64,000 nt of DNA from Octopus vulgaris (taxonomy: Eukaryota), in the NCBI GenBank assembly GCA_951406725.2, contig OX597841.1:19406001-19470000 (forward strand). Reading direction: 5' to 3'. The notes beneath the pieces are model-generated. The model saw only the letters and a program-made list of their open reading frames with translations, was not told the origin of the DNA and ran no database searches. The first letter of the stretch is position 1, and each line of letters begins with the position of its first letter. Below are positions 13,041 to 24,675 of the stretch, piece after piece. The position numbers and the translations under genes were made by a program.

Positions 13041-14045
13041 ATAAATGGAGTTGAACGAAGATGTTATTGAAATTCTTTTACTTTCAACATATGTTTCGAA
13101 GACAACGTTGGATTTATTCCAAAGGAATAAACGGTGTAAAATGCAATTTTCTTATCAAGAATGAAAGAAAATGCCATATACCAGTGTAAAATTTCTTCCG
13201 GTACTGATGTCTACTTCTACATCCTCTTCCCAGTTATCTAAGAGAATTTCAAATCATTATTCATCATTTAGGGATAGCAGAAAACGCCATAGCACAGGGC
13301 TAAGTAAATTGGTTTGGCATCTTAAAGACAACAATAAAGATTTTAAGTTAGATTGGTTCATCCTGTTCGTATCTTTTCCTTATGATAAGGGCAAGGGATT
13401 TTGTAACATTTGCAACTCTGAACTCTTCCATATTCTCTTCTCTAAGAATCACCTTGTTAACACACTCATAAAGCGATCTTACAAATGTAAACACTGGCAG
13501 AAACATACCTTTAACTCATATAAGTGATTTCGCCAGTCTTTATAGTTTGAACAGTTAGTTTAACTTGCACTTTACTTCAATAGAGAAATCTACTTCCAAG
13601 TCTTTGATCGTTTTTTCAACCAACATATCCCTCTTTATTTGTTCTCTACTTATTATTTCTTTAACCCTTCTCGTTCTAGTATCTACCTTTGACGTCAAAT
13701 CTACTAACGGTTTTTTTAAATACTTAATAACGTTCTGTTTATCATTTATGCACTCATCGTATTTGTTATAATGTCTTGTTGTTGAGATAGGCTCTCTTTC
13801 TTTCCTGATGGGAAGATTGTATTTTACACCGTTTATTCCTTTGGAATAAAACTAATGTTGTCTTCGAAACATATGTCGAAAGTAAAAGGATTTCAATAAC
13901 ATCTTCATTCAACTCCATTTATTTACTTATACTACACAAATTACTGCACATTAACCTGGAGTTTCTACCTTTGAATAGGTCGCTTCATCCGTGTTACTTG
14001 CGTGAATTTTGCTACCCTGGTAACCGTTTATTGAATTTTCCATAT
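13041..14045 (+). mobile_element. Penelope-like element 3' relic: GIY-YIG endonuclease C-terminus with inverted pseudo-LTRs
   Basis: 13171-13527 encodes KRISNHYSSF...TGLSKLVWHLK...W.I...Y...CNICNSE...N...KCKH, typical of the PLE GIY-YIG tail; 13041-13168 and 13795-13922 are inverted copies; sits in (TA)n. Confidence 0.82.
13800..13882 (+). ncRNA. Type I hammerhead ribozyme-like motif (one core mismatch)
   Basis: ctttc-CTGATGG-gaaga...tcttc-GAAA-catatg-TC-gaaag; stems I and II pair, palindromic stem III. Confidence 0.65.
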
Positions 14046-14077
14046 TAAGGGTAGACAAAGAATAATTCATTCATCAA

Positions 14078-14520
14078 TTTATATATATGTATGTATGTAT
14101 GTATATATATAGATATATATATATATATATGTATGTATATATATATATATGTATGTATATATATATGTATATATGTATGTATATATGTATGTATGTATAT
14201 ATGTATGTATATATGTAAGTATATATATAATATATATATGTATGTATATATATATACTATATATATATGTATGTATATATATACTATATATATATGTATG
14301 TATATATATACTATATATATATGTATGTATATATATACTATATATATATGTATGTATATATATATACATACATATATATGTATGTATATATATATACTAT
14401 ATATATATGTATGTATATATATACTATATATATATATATATATATAGGTATGTATATATATAATATATATATGTATGTATATATATATAATTATATATAT
14501 ATATATATATGTAATATATG
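14078..14520. repeat. (TA)n/(TATG)n compound microsatellite
   Basis: Direct inspection. Confidence 0.95.
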
Positions 14521-14867
14521 TGTGTGTATAGTTTTCTATGTGGCTGGCTCCTGTCAAGTGTCCTATCCACCATACATACATGGAAGATGGACGTTAAACA
14601 ATGATGATACACACTCATACATATATATGAAAAGACGCACACATTTATAGATTATATTCACATCCCCATTGGTGAGGGTTAGTGACAGGAAGGGCATCTG
14701 GTTGTTAAGGATCTACCTCAACAAATCCCATCTGATCCATGGTGGTGGATGATGATGATGATGCTGTTGCTGGTGTGTGAAGCATGAGAGAACTGCATCA
14801 TCATCCGTTTTTCATGCTGGCATGTGTTGGACGGTTTGACAGGAGCTGGCTTGCCACACGACTGACC

Positions 14868-15282
14868 ATCATCATCATTGTTCGACCGTGGTCGAGACAA
14901 TGGAATTTACTATGCTACGCCAGACTTCACGGTCCATCATGGCATTACGGAGGTCCTGTTGCTGGATGCCTGTATCCCTGGAGATTACATCAGGGTAGGA
15001 GAGTGTGCGCCCTCTGGTATTGCGAGTAGATGGCTTCCAGAGGAGAAGAGTAGAAATAGCCTCCTTTTTCAGCTCTACAACAATGTCCAGCAAACTGGAC
15101 TCTCCTACCTTTCACAAGAGATGACACAGGTGGTAGTTTCCCATATATTTGCATTTTGGTTGGATGGCGCTTCCACGAGAGATTTTGAGCTCTCAAAAGG
15201 AGGCGATTGTAGGTTCCATCCAACCGCCTCTCAAGCTTCTTTGATAACGTCCAGGTTTCTGAGCCATATAGTAGAACCAAGC
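14868..15282 (-). mobile_element. 3' fragment of a third RTE-like LINE family inserted into an RTE-1 3' UTR piece
   Basis: VLLYGSETWTLSKKLERRLDGTY...RRVQFAGHCCRA...MMDREVWR; (GAT)n tail; host repeat resumes at about 15283. Confidence 0.8.
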
Positions 15283-16196
15283 TCTGCTGTCTGATTCGAC
15301 ATGGTTGCCATGGTTGGAAGCCCTTCTTAACATCAACCACTTTTACAGGGTGTGTTGGGTTTTTTTTTTTTTTGTGTATGTCCCCAGCAGCAGTGAGGTC
15401 ACCAGGTAACTTTGCTGGGCAAGACCCCACCCAACTGGGGGAGCAGGGGTCCTACACCCAAGTGATGGGTGTATAATGAAGTGGGTGGGGGTGTAATGAA
15501 TAGTCAGTGGTAGAAGGAGGAGGTAATTAGGAGGATTTTTTGTGGGGGAGGATTCAGTGGGGACATATTATGTGCAGGGTAAGGGGAGAAACAGCAGAGG
15601 TCAGCATGGGTGGGCATGGATTGTACATATAAATTTTTTTTGGTATTTAATCATTTTTTACTCGTTTCATTTGACTGTGGCCATGCTGGGGCACCTCCTT
15701 CAAGAACGTTTTCAAACAAATTGAGCACAAGATTTTTTGTTTTTAATGCCTATCAGTCTCTATTGCCAAACTGCTGCGTTATGGGGCCATAAGCACACCA
15801 AGGAGGCACGTGGCTTAGTGGTTTGGGTGTTGGACTCATCATTGTAAGACTGTGGTTTCAATTCTTGGACCAGGCAATGCATTCAATGATTGATGCATTT
15901 AAACTGGAATGCTGTTGTAAACTTACACTATGAAGGAACTTGTTATTCTCCACAAAGGTTTGTGTGAAATTTACCCCAGTATGGCACTGGTACTTTATCA
16001 ACCCTGATACACAAACACATACATGCAAACACGCACACACAGTGGGCTTCTGCCAGTTTCCGTCTACCAGATCCACTCACAAGGCTTTGGTCAGCCCAGA
16101 GTTTGCAGTAGAAAAACACTTGCTTCGTGTGCGATTCGAACCCTTGATCATATGGTTGAGAAGACGTGTGTTAACTTCTTTTCTGTTTCCCTACAG

Positions 16197-16345
16197 ATAC
16201 GGACAATGGATCAGACTGGACCCTGCGACATGGACGCAGCGTTGCCCTTGCTGTAGCCATCAAAGAAGGGGCTGACCGTGTCCTGGTTCCCAGCCTCCAG
16301 CCTGCCGTCTTCCAAACTGTCACACACTTCACTGCTGCTGACAGG
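16197..16345 (+). CDS. GCN1: GCN1 exon (7th in window); correct frame not in ORF track
   Basis: ctacag| (D)TDNGSDWTLRHGRSVALAVA...TAADR |gtaagt; 149 nt, phase 1 in, phase 0 out; matches DWxxRHGRS of GCN1. Confidence 0.93.
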
Positions 16346-16409
16346 GTAAGTCATTCCAATGAAATTTCCCAGCCTTTCTCCATCTTCTTTTTTCTCTTTC
16401 TTTTCCTTC

Positions 16410-16845
16410 ATCATCTTCGTTTAGCGTCCGCTTTCCATGTTGGCATGGGATGGACGGTTCGACCGGGGATCTGGGAAGCCAGAAGGCTGCACCAGGCTCC
16501 AGTCTTGATCTGGCAATGTTTCTACAGCTGGATGCCCTTCCTAACGCCAACCACTCCGTGAGTGTAGTGGCTGCTTTTTACGTGCCACATGCACAGGTGC
16601 CAGGGGAGGCTGGCAACGGCCACGGTCAGATTGGTGCATTTTACGTGCCACCAGCACGGAAGCCAGTCGAGGCGGCACTGGCATCAGCCACAATTCGGTT
16701 GGTGCTTTTTACGTGCCACTGGCACGGAAGCCAGTTGAGGCAATGCTGGCATCGGCCACGATTCGGATAGCGCTTTTTACGTACCACCAGTCCAGGGGTC
16801 CTGGCAACTGCCGGGTGCCAGTCATAGGATTGGTTCAATTTCGAT
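16410..16845 (-). mobile_element. RTE family 1, 3' UTR-only copy
   Basis: Homology to 28641-29220; other such copies at 11395-11592 (+), 34004-34165 (+), 39199-39350 (-), 57435-57880 (-), 58360-58590 (+). Confidence 0.8.
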
Positions 16846-17740
16846 TCCCTCTCATTATTCCTCCATCTTCTTTATTTTTTTCCCCCATATTTCCTCCCTT
16901 ATAACTCCTTATCTCTTTATGACTGATATCCAATCTACAGTGGAGAAGGCTAGCCACTGGATTGGGTTAAGAAGAGACGATGAGCGATGGCTAGAAGGAT
17001 ATTGAGCTTAACTTCATAACAAGCTGATCTAGCAAGCGGGGCCTCATATCAGTGAGGGGGGCCGGTGCGCATTGATGCTGTTGAGAGGTAGGCCCCGAAA
17101 AGGCGCGCGTTCTCTCCTGATGACCCCATACACTTGCTAGCTTCCGATATACGGAGCTTTTAACACACCCCTATTATATCCCCTTATCTCTCTGATTACT
17201 CTTCCTTATTATCTCCTTTATCCTTTCCTCCTTCTCCATGACCCTATTATCTCTCCCCTATTATTCACCCTCATCTCCCTTATTGCTCCTTCTCTTTCTT
17301 GCTTTCTCCCTCATTCTTCTTATCTCCCTCATCACCACCACCATCCCCCATATCTCCTTTATTTTTCCCTCCTTATTGTGACAATAAATTACCCTTTTGG
17401 TACACCGTATCTTTTCTTTGAATCTTTAATACATCTATAATATAAAGAAAGCCAGGAGACATGAGATGAATATATATTTCACCAGGTGATATCCTTAGGG
17501 TCTCACCTGTTTCACAGCCAACATGATACTAAAATAATTTATTTTAGTGTATAATAAATCCTGCACTAATGTTTGCACTAGTGTGTATGTTATAAATTGC
17601 ATAGTACTATTGTACGTTTTACAAACCAATGCAAGTACTGAAGGCTAGCTCTTCAAATCAACAAAATATGGTTCCTCTCAGATCTCTGAACCTAAGCAAG
17701 ACTAATTGTTCTTTCTATTATAAAAATCACCCAATATTAA

Positions 17741-17959
17741 CCCTTTAGTATTTAAACCGGCCATATCCGGCCAAAATGGCTAATCTGTTTTATGTTCAAA
17801 CTGACCAGATCCAGGCTCTCACACCTACCCTACAATGTTATTCTACATGAAGTAATTACACCATCAAGATCTTGAAGATATGAGATAATGCATGATTAAT
17901 TCAAATCAATGGGAATCAACAGGCATTATGTTTGATTGAATAATCTGGACACTAAGGGG
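17741..17959. mobile_element. piggyBac-type MITE, second family
   Basis: TTAA|CCCTTTAGT...ACTAAGGGG|TTAA; partial relative at about 60500-60670. Confidence 0.75.
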
Positions 17960-18042
17960 TTAATGTAACATTGTCAGTAAATGCCACAGCAGCCACCATT
18001 AATTATGATGTATATATAAATCTTGTTGTTTGTTTTCCCCAG

Positions 18043-18147
18043 ATACCAATCTGCCTAAGTGGGCTACGGGCTGCTACCTATGTGTTAAGTTACCAAATCA
18101 CCAACAGTCTTGAACCTTCCACTGAAATTTTGGCTCTTTTAGCCAAG
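18043..18147 (+). CDS. GCN1: GCN1 exon (8th in window)
   Basis: ccccag| IPICLSGLRAATY...ALLAK |gtaggt; 105 nt; continues ADR-IPI as in other GCN1. Confidence 0.9.
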
Positions 18148-18904
18148 GTAGGTACACCACTTTCCCTGCCTGAGAGAGAGAAAGAGAGTAATTCCGTACA
18201 TACGGGTGTGTGTGTGTGTGTGTGTCTCTTTAAGTAATCCTTTCTACTAAAGGCACAAGGCCTGAAATTTGGGGGGAGGCAACTGGTCAGTTACATCAAC
18301 CCCAGCATGCAACTGGTACTTAATTCATAGACCTGGCAAAGATGAAAGGCAAAGTCGACCTCAGTGGAATTTGAACTCAGAACGTGAAGACAAAGGAAAC
18401 ACCACTCAGCATTTCGCCCAGCATGCTCAGTCTGTCTGTTCGTCACCTTTATATATATAATAATGTATGTGTGTGTAAATATATATTTCACCAGGTGATA
18501 TCTATAAGGTTTCACCTGTTTCACTGCCCTTATTCTCTCTCTCTCTCTCACCTTGTACCTCCTCTACAGCATGACACCTGTTTCCCTCTCTCTCTCTGTC
18601 CCACTCTAACCTTTCATCATCTGACACAAAATCCCCTCCCCCCAATGGCACCCCCACCCCTCTCAAAAATTCCTTGTTTTACTTGGTGACCCTGCCCGTG
18701 TTGGTGCCATTTCAAAGACATCCGGTCCACTCTGTGAAGTGGTTGGCATCTGGAAGGGCATCCAGTTGTAAAAACCTTGTCAAAACTGACCTCACCTGTG
18801 CTGGTGCTGCATGGAAAGCACTCAGCCCCCTCTGTGGAGCGGTTGGCGTTATGAAGGGCACTGGCCAGCCCCAGGTTCCTACTTGAACCCCCCCCCCCCA
18901 AATG

Positions 18905-19350
18905 CCAACCACTCCAAGAGTGTAGTGGGGTTTTTTTACATGCCACATGCATCTATTTGTATGTGGCAGTGGTGAATTTCATGTGGCACCTGCGAAGGAC
19001 AAGCCTGTATGTATGGATGACTGCGATTTTACTTAGCTTGATGTTTCTTTTCAAGTACACCAAATATCGCCACAGCTCCCGGTCCCTTGTCATTTCCTCG
19101 GTGAGGCCCAGCATCGAAAGATCCTTCCTCACCAATTTGTCCTATGTCTTCCTGGGTCTACCCTTTCCACAGGTTCCCTCCACAATTAGAGATCAGCACT
19201 TCTTTACACAGCTGTCCTCATCCCTACGCATCGCATGACCAAACCAGTGCAGTTTTCGCTCTTGCACACCACATCTGATGCTTCTTAAATCATTTACACT
19301 CTGTCTTGCGTGCACACTGACCCACCCAGCAGTGCATGCTGCCTTCATTC
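18905..19350 (-). mobile_element. RTE family 1 3' fragment (older subfamily)
   Basis: LRSIRCGVQERKLHWFGH...GKGRPRKT...RDRELWR. Confidence 0.75.
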
Positions 19351-19433
19351 CTTCCAAGCCTTCACAAAGAGCCCTATATAACCCCTCTTGACTTTTTTTA
19401 TTCATTGGAATCTTCTCTCTCTCACTCTGCCAG

Positions 19434-19652
19434 GGTTTGAAGCACGATTCCAACGACGTGAAACAGTTGTGTGGCCAACTAGCCAGCCACCTCGCTCGAC
19501 AAACGGACCAACCCCTGCCGGCTGTCATGATGAAGTACCTAGTCCCTGCCCTGGTCATGGGCACCAAGGAAAAGAATTTTATTGTGAAAGGCAACAGTGA
19601 GTACGGCCTGCTGGCTGTGCTCCAGCTGGCCAAAGGGGACTCAGTCTACCAG
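19434..19652 (+). CDS. GCN1: GCN1 exon (9th in window)
   Basis: tgccag| GLKHDSNDVK...GTKEKNFIVKGNSE...VYQ |gtaaga; 219 nt. Confidence 0.92.
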
Positions 19653-19915
19653 GTAAGAAAACCCTGCTGCATGTTGTAGTAATGGGGGGGAGGTGATTGT
19701 GGTAGTGGTGGTGGTGGTGTTGAAGCAGTGGGGGTGGTGGTGGTTATGGCGATGGCTGCCATGGTAGTGGTTGTAGGGGTGGTGGTGAGGGTGTTGGTTA
19801 TGGCAGCCGTCAATAGTAGTGGTGATGGTGGTGGTTGTTGGGATGTCATGAAAATGGGATTAGGGTGGATTTTTGTTTTAAAGCTTTTATTATTTTCAAA
19901 TGAATTTCATTGTAT

Positions 19916-20580
19916 TTCTCTCTCTCTCTCTCTCTGTCTGTGTGTCTCTCTCTCTCTGTCTGTTTGTCTCTCTCTCTCTCTCTCTGTCTGTTTGTCTCTC
20001 TCTCTCACTGTCTGTCTCTCTCTCTCTCTCCCTCTCTCTGTCTCTGTCTCTCTCTCCTTCTCTCTCTGACTGTCTGTCTCTCTCTCACTCTCTATCTCTC
20101 TCTCCCTCTCTCTGTCTCTGTCTCTCTCTCCTTCTCTCTCTGACTGTCTGTCTCTCTCTCACTCTCTCTCTCTGTCTCTCTCTCACTCTCTATCTCTCTG
20201 TCTCTCTCTCCCTCTCTCTGTCTCTGTCTCTCTCTTTCTGTCTCTCTCTCCTTCTCTCTCTGACTGTCTGTCTCTCTCTCACTCTATCTCTCTGTCTTTC
20301 TCTCTCTCTGTCTGTCTCTGTCTCTCTCCTTCTCTCTCTGACTGTCTGTCTCTCTCTCACTCTGTCTCTCTCTCACTCTATCTCTCTGTCTTTCTCTCTC
20401 TCTGTCTGTCTGTTTGTCTCTCTCTCTCTCTCACTCTCCATCTCTCTTTCTCTCTGTCTCTCTCTCTCACTCTCTCTCTCTCTCTCTCTGTCTTTGTTAC
20501 TGTACCCTCTACTTACTCCCTCCTCTCTTCTGTCTCTCTCTCCTTCTCTCCCTCACTCACTGTGTCTCTCTCTTTCTCTG
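19916..20580. repeat. (CT)n/(TCTG)n polypyrimidine tract before the last GCN1 exon
   Basis: Direct inspection. Confidence 0.95.
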
Positions 20581-20587
20581 TCCGCAG

Positions 20588-20719
20588 GCGACCCTGTCCC
20601 TCTTAGATGTCGGTATGCAGGAGGCCCTCCAGGATGTCCACACCAAGACACTGCGAAAGCTGTTGGCCAAGACAACGACCCCGGTCAGGGAGGAGATCGA
20701 CGATTCTGTCCTTGTCTAG
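20588..20719 (+). CDS. GCN1: GCN1 terminal coding exon
   Basis: ccgcag| ATLSLLDVG...LRKL...EEIDDSVLV TAG; parallels the human C-terminus (EQVDDTILT). Confidence 0.92.
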   Translation, partial: ATLSLLDVGMQEALQDVHTKTLRKLLAKTTTPVREEIDDSVLV

Positions 20720-21250
20720 AGTGTCACCCGTGGCACATGTTCAACTCCCCCACCCCACCCCTCCACCCCTCACAAGCTGCTGACCAACACAACCTTCCAA
20801 CCAACCAACCAACCAACCCTGCACCCTCGTCGTCCCAGCGTCCTCTGTCTCCACACGTTGGGTGAGGAGGGAGGGAGATTAGCAATGCTTGACCAGTCGG
20901 TCTCCCCACCACCACACAGGGACGGAGGGGGTGAGAGAGAGAGAGAGCAAAGGAGATGGGGTTGGTGGTGGTGGTGGTGGTGGTGGCCAGCTGTGGAGCA
21001 GAGTGGGGTGGCAGGTGGATGACAGCAGAACAACTGGACTAAGAACCTACCCTGTTCCTCACCCACCCACCTGCCCATCCATGACCCACCCCATATGGAA
21101 AATTGGCGTGGAAAGGGAATGGGTGAGGAGGGGCACTTGATAATTGGCATAAAGTGGTTGTGGCCAAGCAGCAGCAATGAAAATGGAGCAAAATTTATGA
21201 GAGTTGAGTGGTGAGTGTTGAGGAAAGCAAGAAACTTGTTCAAGGGGAGA

Positions 21251-21299
21251 AATAAAGTTTTTTTTTTTAATTATTTCAATAAATAAACAAATAAATAAA
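21251..21299 (+). promoter_or_regulatory. GCN1 polyadenylation signal cluster
   Basis: AATAAA at 21251, 21278, 21282, 21290 and 21294, followed by a GT/T-rich tract at about 21322-21350, about 530 nt after the stop. Confidence 0.65.
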
Positions 21300-21452
21300 T
21301 TTTGTGCAAAACTAAAAAAAATTTGGTGTTTTTTTTTGTATTTTTGTTTTAAATTTGTTGGCGAGAGACATGCATTTAGAAAAAGAATGATGATGGTTGT
21401 CCAGTAGATCTATGATCAAAGACGTTCCAGCTGTGACCATCCTGTCTTTTAT

Positions 21453-23039
21453 CAATTGAGGACCCTTATCAACAGAGTCAATTATTGCCGAGGCTTTTTC
21501 AACTATTTTCAAACAAGATGATGGTCGTGAACCCCCTCCATTTGATAGATCGGTACCTCCAATTGGTCATCATCTGCGAGCCCTTAACACGTCTATTCAA
21601 TATGTCATTGGCGACGGGTGTTATACCTGCGGACTGGAGAACAGCGATAATCTGCCCAATTTTCAAGAAAGGGAGCCGCGAAGACCCGCTTAACTACCGA
21701 CCAGTTTCCCTTACATCAATAATCAGCAAGATGTTCGAAACCATCCTTAAGAAAAGTATGATGCTCCACCTCCTAAACACAGCCTCTATCTCTGATTCCC
21801 AACACGGCTTCGTGCCAAAGAGATCATGCTTGACCAACTTACTAGTAATGGAAGAATTGGTGACGCGCATCCTCAATGATAGTGATGCTGTTGACATCGT
21901 TTTATTGGACTTTGCCAAAGCTTTTGACTTGGTAAACCACCGCCTATTACTTGTCAAGCTTCAAGCATATAATTTCCATCCGGATATTGTACGATGGGTT
22001 GGTGCCTTCCTCTCAGATTGCTCCTTCCAAATCCAAGTTAATGGTTCACGGTCCAACGTCTCCAGTGCGAGCAGTGGCGTGCCTCAAGGTTCAGTGCTTG
22101 GGCCCTTATTGTTCTTAGTCTTCATAAATGACTTGCCCGACGACCTCATGCAACACACCCTTCTATTTGCCGACGATGTCAAACTGGTCTCTCCTCGCGG
22201 TGATATAGAGGATCTTCGTCGATGCCTCCACCAAATTTGGAGGTGGTCTAACGAATGGGACCTGTGTCTGAACGTGTCAAAGTGCTGTCATCTGTCTGTT
22301 GGCTCTCCTCCTGAAACTCAACTTGATTTCGAGCCGGGTCGTCTGCTGCTGGAGAGGACCGATCAGGTAAAGGACCTGGGTATCTTGGTGGATTCCTCCT
22401 TTTCGCCTTCGGCCCAGTGCGTCCATGCTGCCAACAAAGCACGCGGAATCCTGTTCTTGATTCGACGGTCATTCGGAATGCTCACAGCAGCCATATTCCT
22501 ACCGCTCTATGTCATGCTGGTGAGACACATATTGGAGTACAAGATTCAAGCCTCTTCTCCTTATCTCCTCAAAGACATACAGCGTCTCGAAAGAGTCCAG
22601 AAGCTGGCTACCCGCATGGTTCATGGTCTCAAAAATTTGTCCTATGAAGAAAGGCTGAGGACGCTCGACCTTTATTCTCTAGAAAAACGCCGCCGCCGTG
22701 GTGATCTCATTCTCGCCCACAACATCATAAGCGGAAAGTGTAACCTCTCGAAAGACCTGTTCTTCACTCCTGCTCCAGATGTCGGCTGCGGGGTCATTCC
22801 GAAAAGCTCTACCTGCGACGATTTCATCTCAATCGAAGGAGAGGAGCTTTCTCCGTCCGGGTTGCGGATCCGTGGAACAAGCTGCCAGACGAGATGGTGA
22901 AGATGCCGACGACCGCTTTGTTCAAAGCCTCCCTTGACCTCAAGTGGCCTGAACTCTTTACATGAACACCACCCTGTACATAACTCCATGTCCCCCTACA
23001 TGGCCTTGCTTTTTGCTTTTGAGCCAAATTAACTAACTC
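21453..23039 (+). mobile_element. 5'-truncated CR1-clade LINE (reverse transcriptase)
   Basis: NYRPVSLTS, QHGF, DFAKAFD, GVPQGSVLGP, FADDVKL, KDLG; frameshift near 22780, after which RGHSEKL...FSVRVADPWNKLP...FKASLD ends at TGA 22963-22965; (TAAC)n tail. Confidence 0.93.
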
Positions 23040-23040
23040 T

Positions 23041-23590
23041 TCAGACATAGTGTATCAAGGACTACATTATTTAATGTGTGCTTCCTTGTTGTTTAGCCCC
23101 AGGTCAGTCCTGATTCAGTAGATCTATGATCAAAGACGTTCCAGCTGTGACCATCCTGTCTTTTCTTTAGACATAGTTTATCAAGGACTACATTATTTAA
23201 TGTGTGCTTCCTTGTTGTTGTTTAGCCCCAGGTCACTCCTGATCCAGTAGATCTATGATCAAAGTCGTTCCAGCTGTGACCATCCTGTCTTTTATTCAGA
23301 CATAGTGTATCAAGGACTACATTATTTAATGTGTGCTTCCTTGTTGTTTAGCCCCAGGTCAGTTCTGATCCAGTAGATCTATGATCGACGACGTTCCAGC
23401 TGTGACCATCCTGTCTATTATTCAGACATAGTGTATCAAGGACTACGTTATTTAATGTGTGCTTCCTTGTTGTTGTTTAGCCCCAGGTCAGTCCTGATCC
23501 AGTAGACTTATGGTCGAAGATGTTCCAACTGTGACCATCCTGTCTTTTATTCAGCCATAGTGTCTCTTGGACTACATTATCTAATGGATC
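23041..23590. repeat. About 126-bp tandem repeat (same family as 10840-11860); first unit begins near 21395
   Basis: ccagctgtgacc at 23141, 23270, 23396 and about 23525. Confidence 0.9.
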
Positions 23591-24675
23591 CTCAGTTTCC
23601 ATTATGTCTCGTCCATTCACCCATCCCCTTAGTCTCTTGTTTTCTGCATCATTTGCAATGAAATGACATAACATAGAGAGAGGAAGGAAGAGACAGAAAG
23701 GTGGGGACAATTTTAAAATTGCATGACCTTTGAGCATTCTGGTGCCACATAAAAAGCCCCGCAGGTGCCACAATAAAAGCCACCCACACCCCAAGTTGGC
23801 AGAGTGGCTGTGTGATAAGTAGCTTGCTTCCTAACCACGTGGTTCTGGGTTCAGTCCCACAGCATGGGCAAGTGTCTTCAACTATAGCCTCAGGTTGACC
23901 AAAGTCTTGTGAGATAGAAACTGAAAGCAGCCTGTCATGTGTATATGTTTGTGTGTCTGTGTGTCACACTAACATCACTTGACAACCAATGTTGGTGTGT
24001 TTACATTCCCATAACTTACTGGTTCGGTAAAAGAGACTGATAGAATAAGCACTAGGCGTACAAAGAATAAGTCCTGGAGTCAGTTTGTTCGACTGAATGC
24101 AGTGCTCCAGCATGGCCACAGTCAAATGACTGAAACAAACGAAGTATTCTCAGTGAATTGGTTGGAATTACTAAGGACATCCAGCCATAGAAACTATGCC
24201 AAAACACAACTGGAGCCTGGGGTAGCCGTCCAGCTTGCCAATTCCTGTCACACCAACCAACCCACCCATGCCAGCATGGAAAATGGATGTTAAATAATGA
24301 TGATGACTCCAGGATGAGAAATGAGCTCAGAGAGGTTGTCTGTAACAAAAGGGATGCTCTCTTCTTATCGTGTCTGAGAGTCTTCCCCTGAGAAACTTTA
24401 TTGCTCACAACAACCGTTTCAATGCATCTTCTATCAATCCCTCACGTGTAACATACTCTACAACTGGTGCACACGCATCTCCTCAGGTGATGTTATTAGG
24501 AATATTTCATTAAATAAACCCTGTTTTGCTTGGGTTCAATACAGTGAGTGACAGTATGTTTAATACCAACCCGGCTGAAACAGCCTCTGGCTCTAGTACA
24601 GATGCCTTGTTTTCATAAGATTTATGTTCGTAACACTCGCTTAATGACAACGAAGTTATTTTACTAAATTCTTTG

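Noticed and set aside
17091-17130. ggccccGAAA...CTGATGAcccc as a type II hammerhead
   Set aside because: Stem II strands (cccc/cccc) cannot pair and no stem I is available.
19900-20865. 321-aa ORF overlapping the GCN1 last exon
   Set aside because: Mostly (CT)n translation in a frame different from the real exon.
21485-22900. Domesticated or active RT gene downstream of GCN1
   Set aside because: 5'-truncated, no endonuclease, TTG start, frameshift near 22780; ordinary dead-on-arrival CR1 copy.
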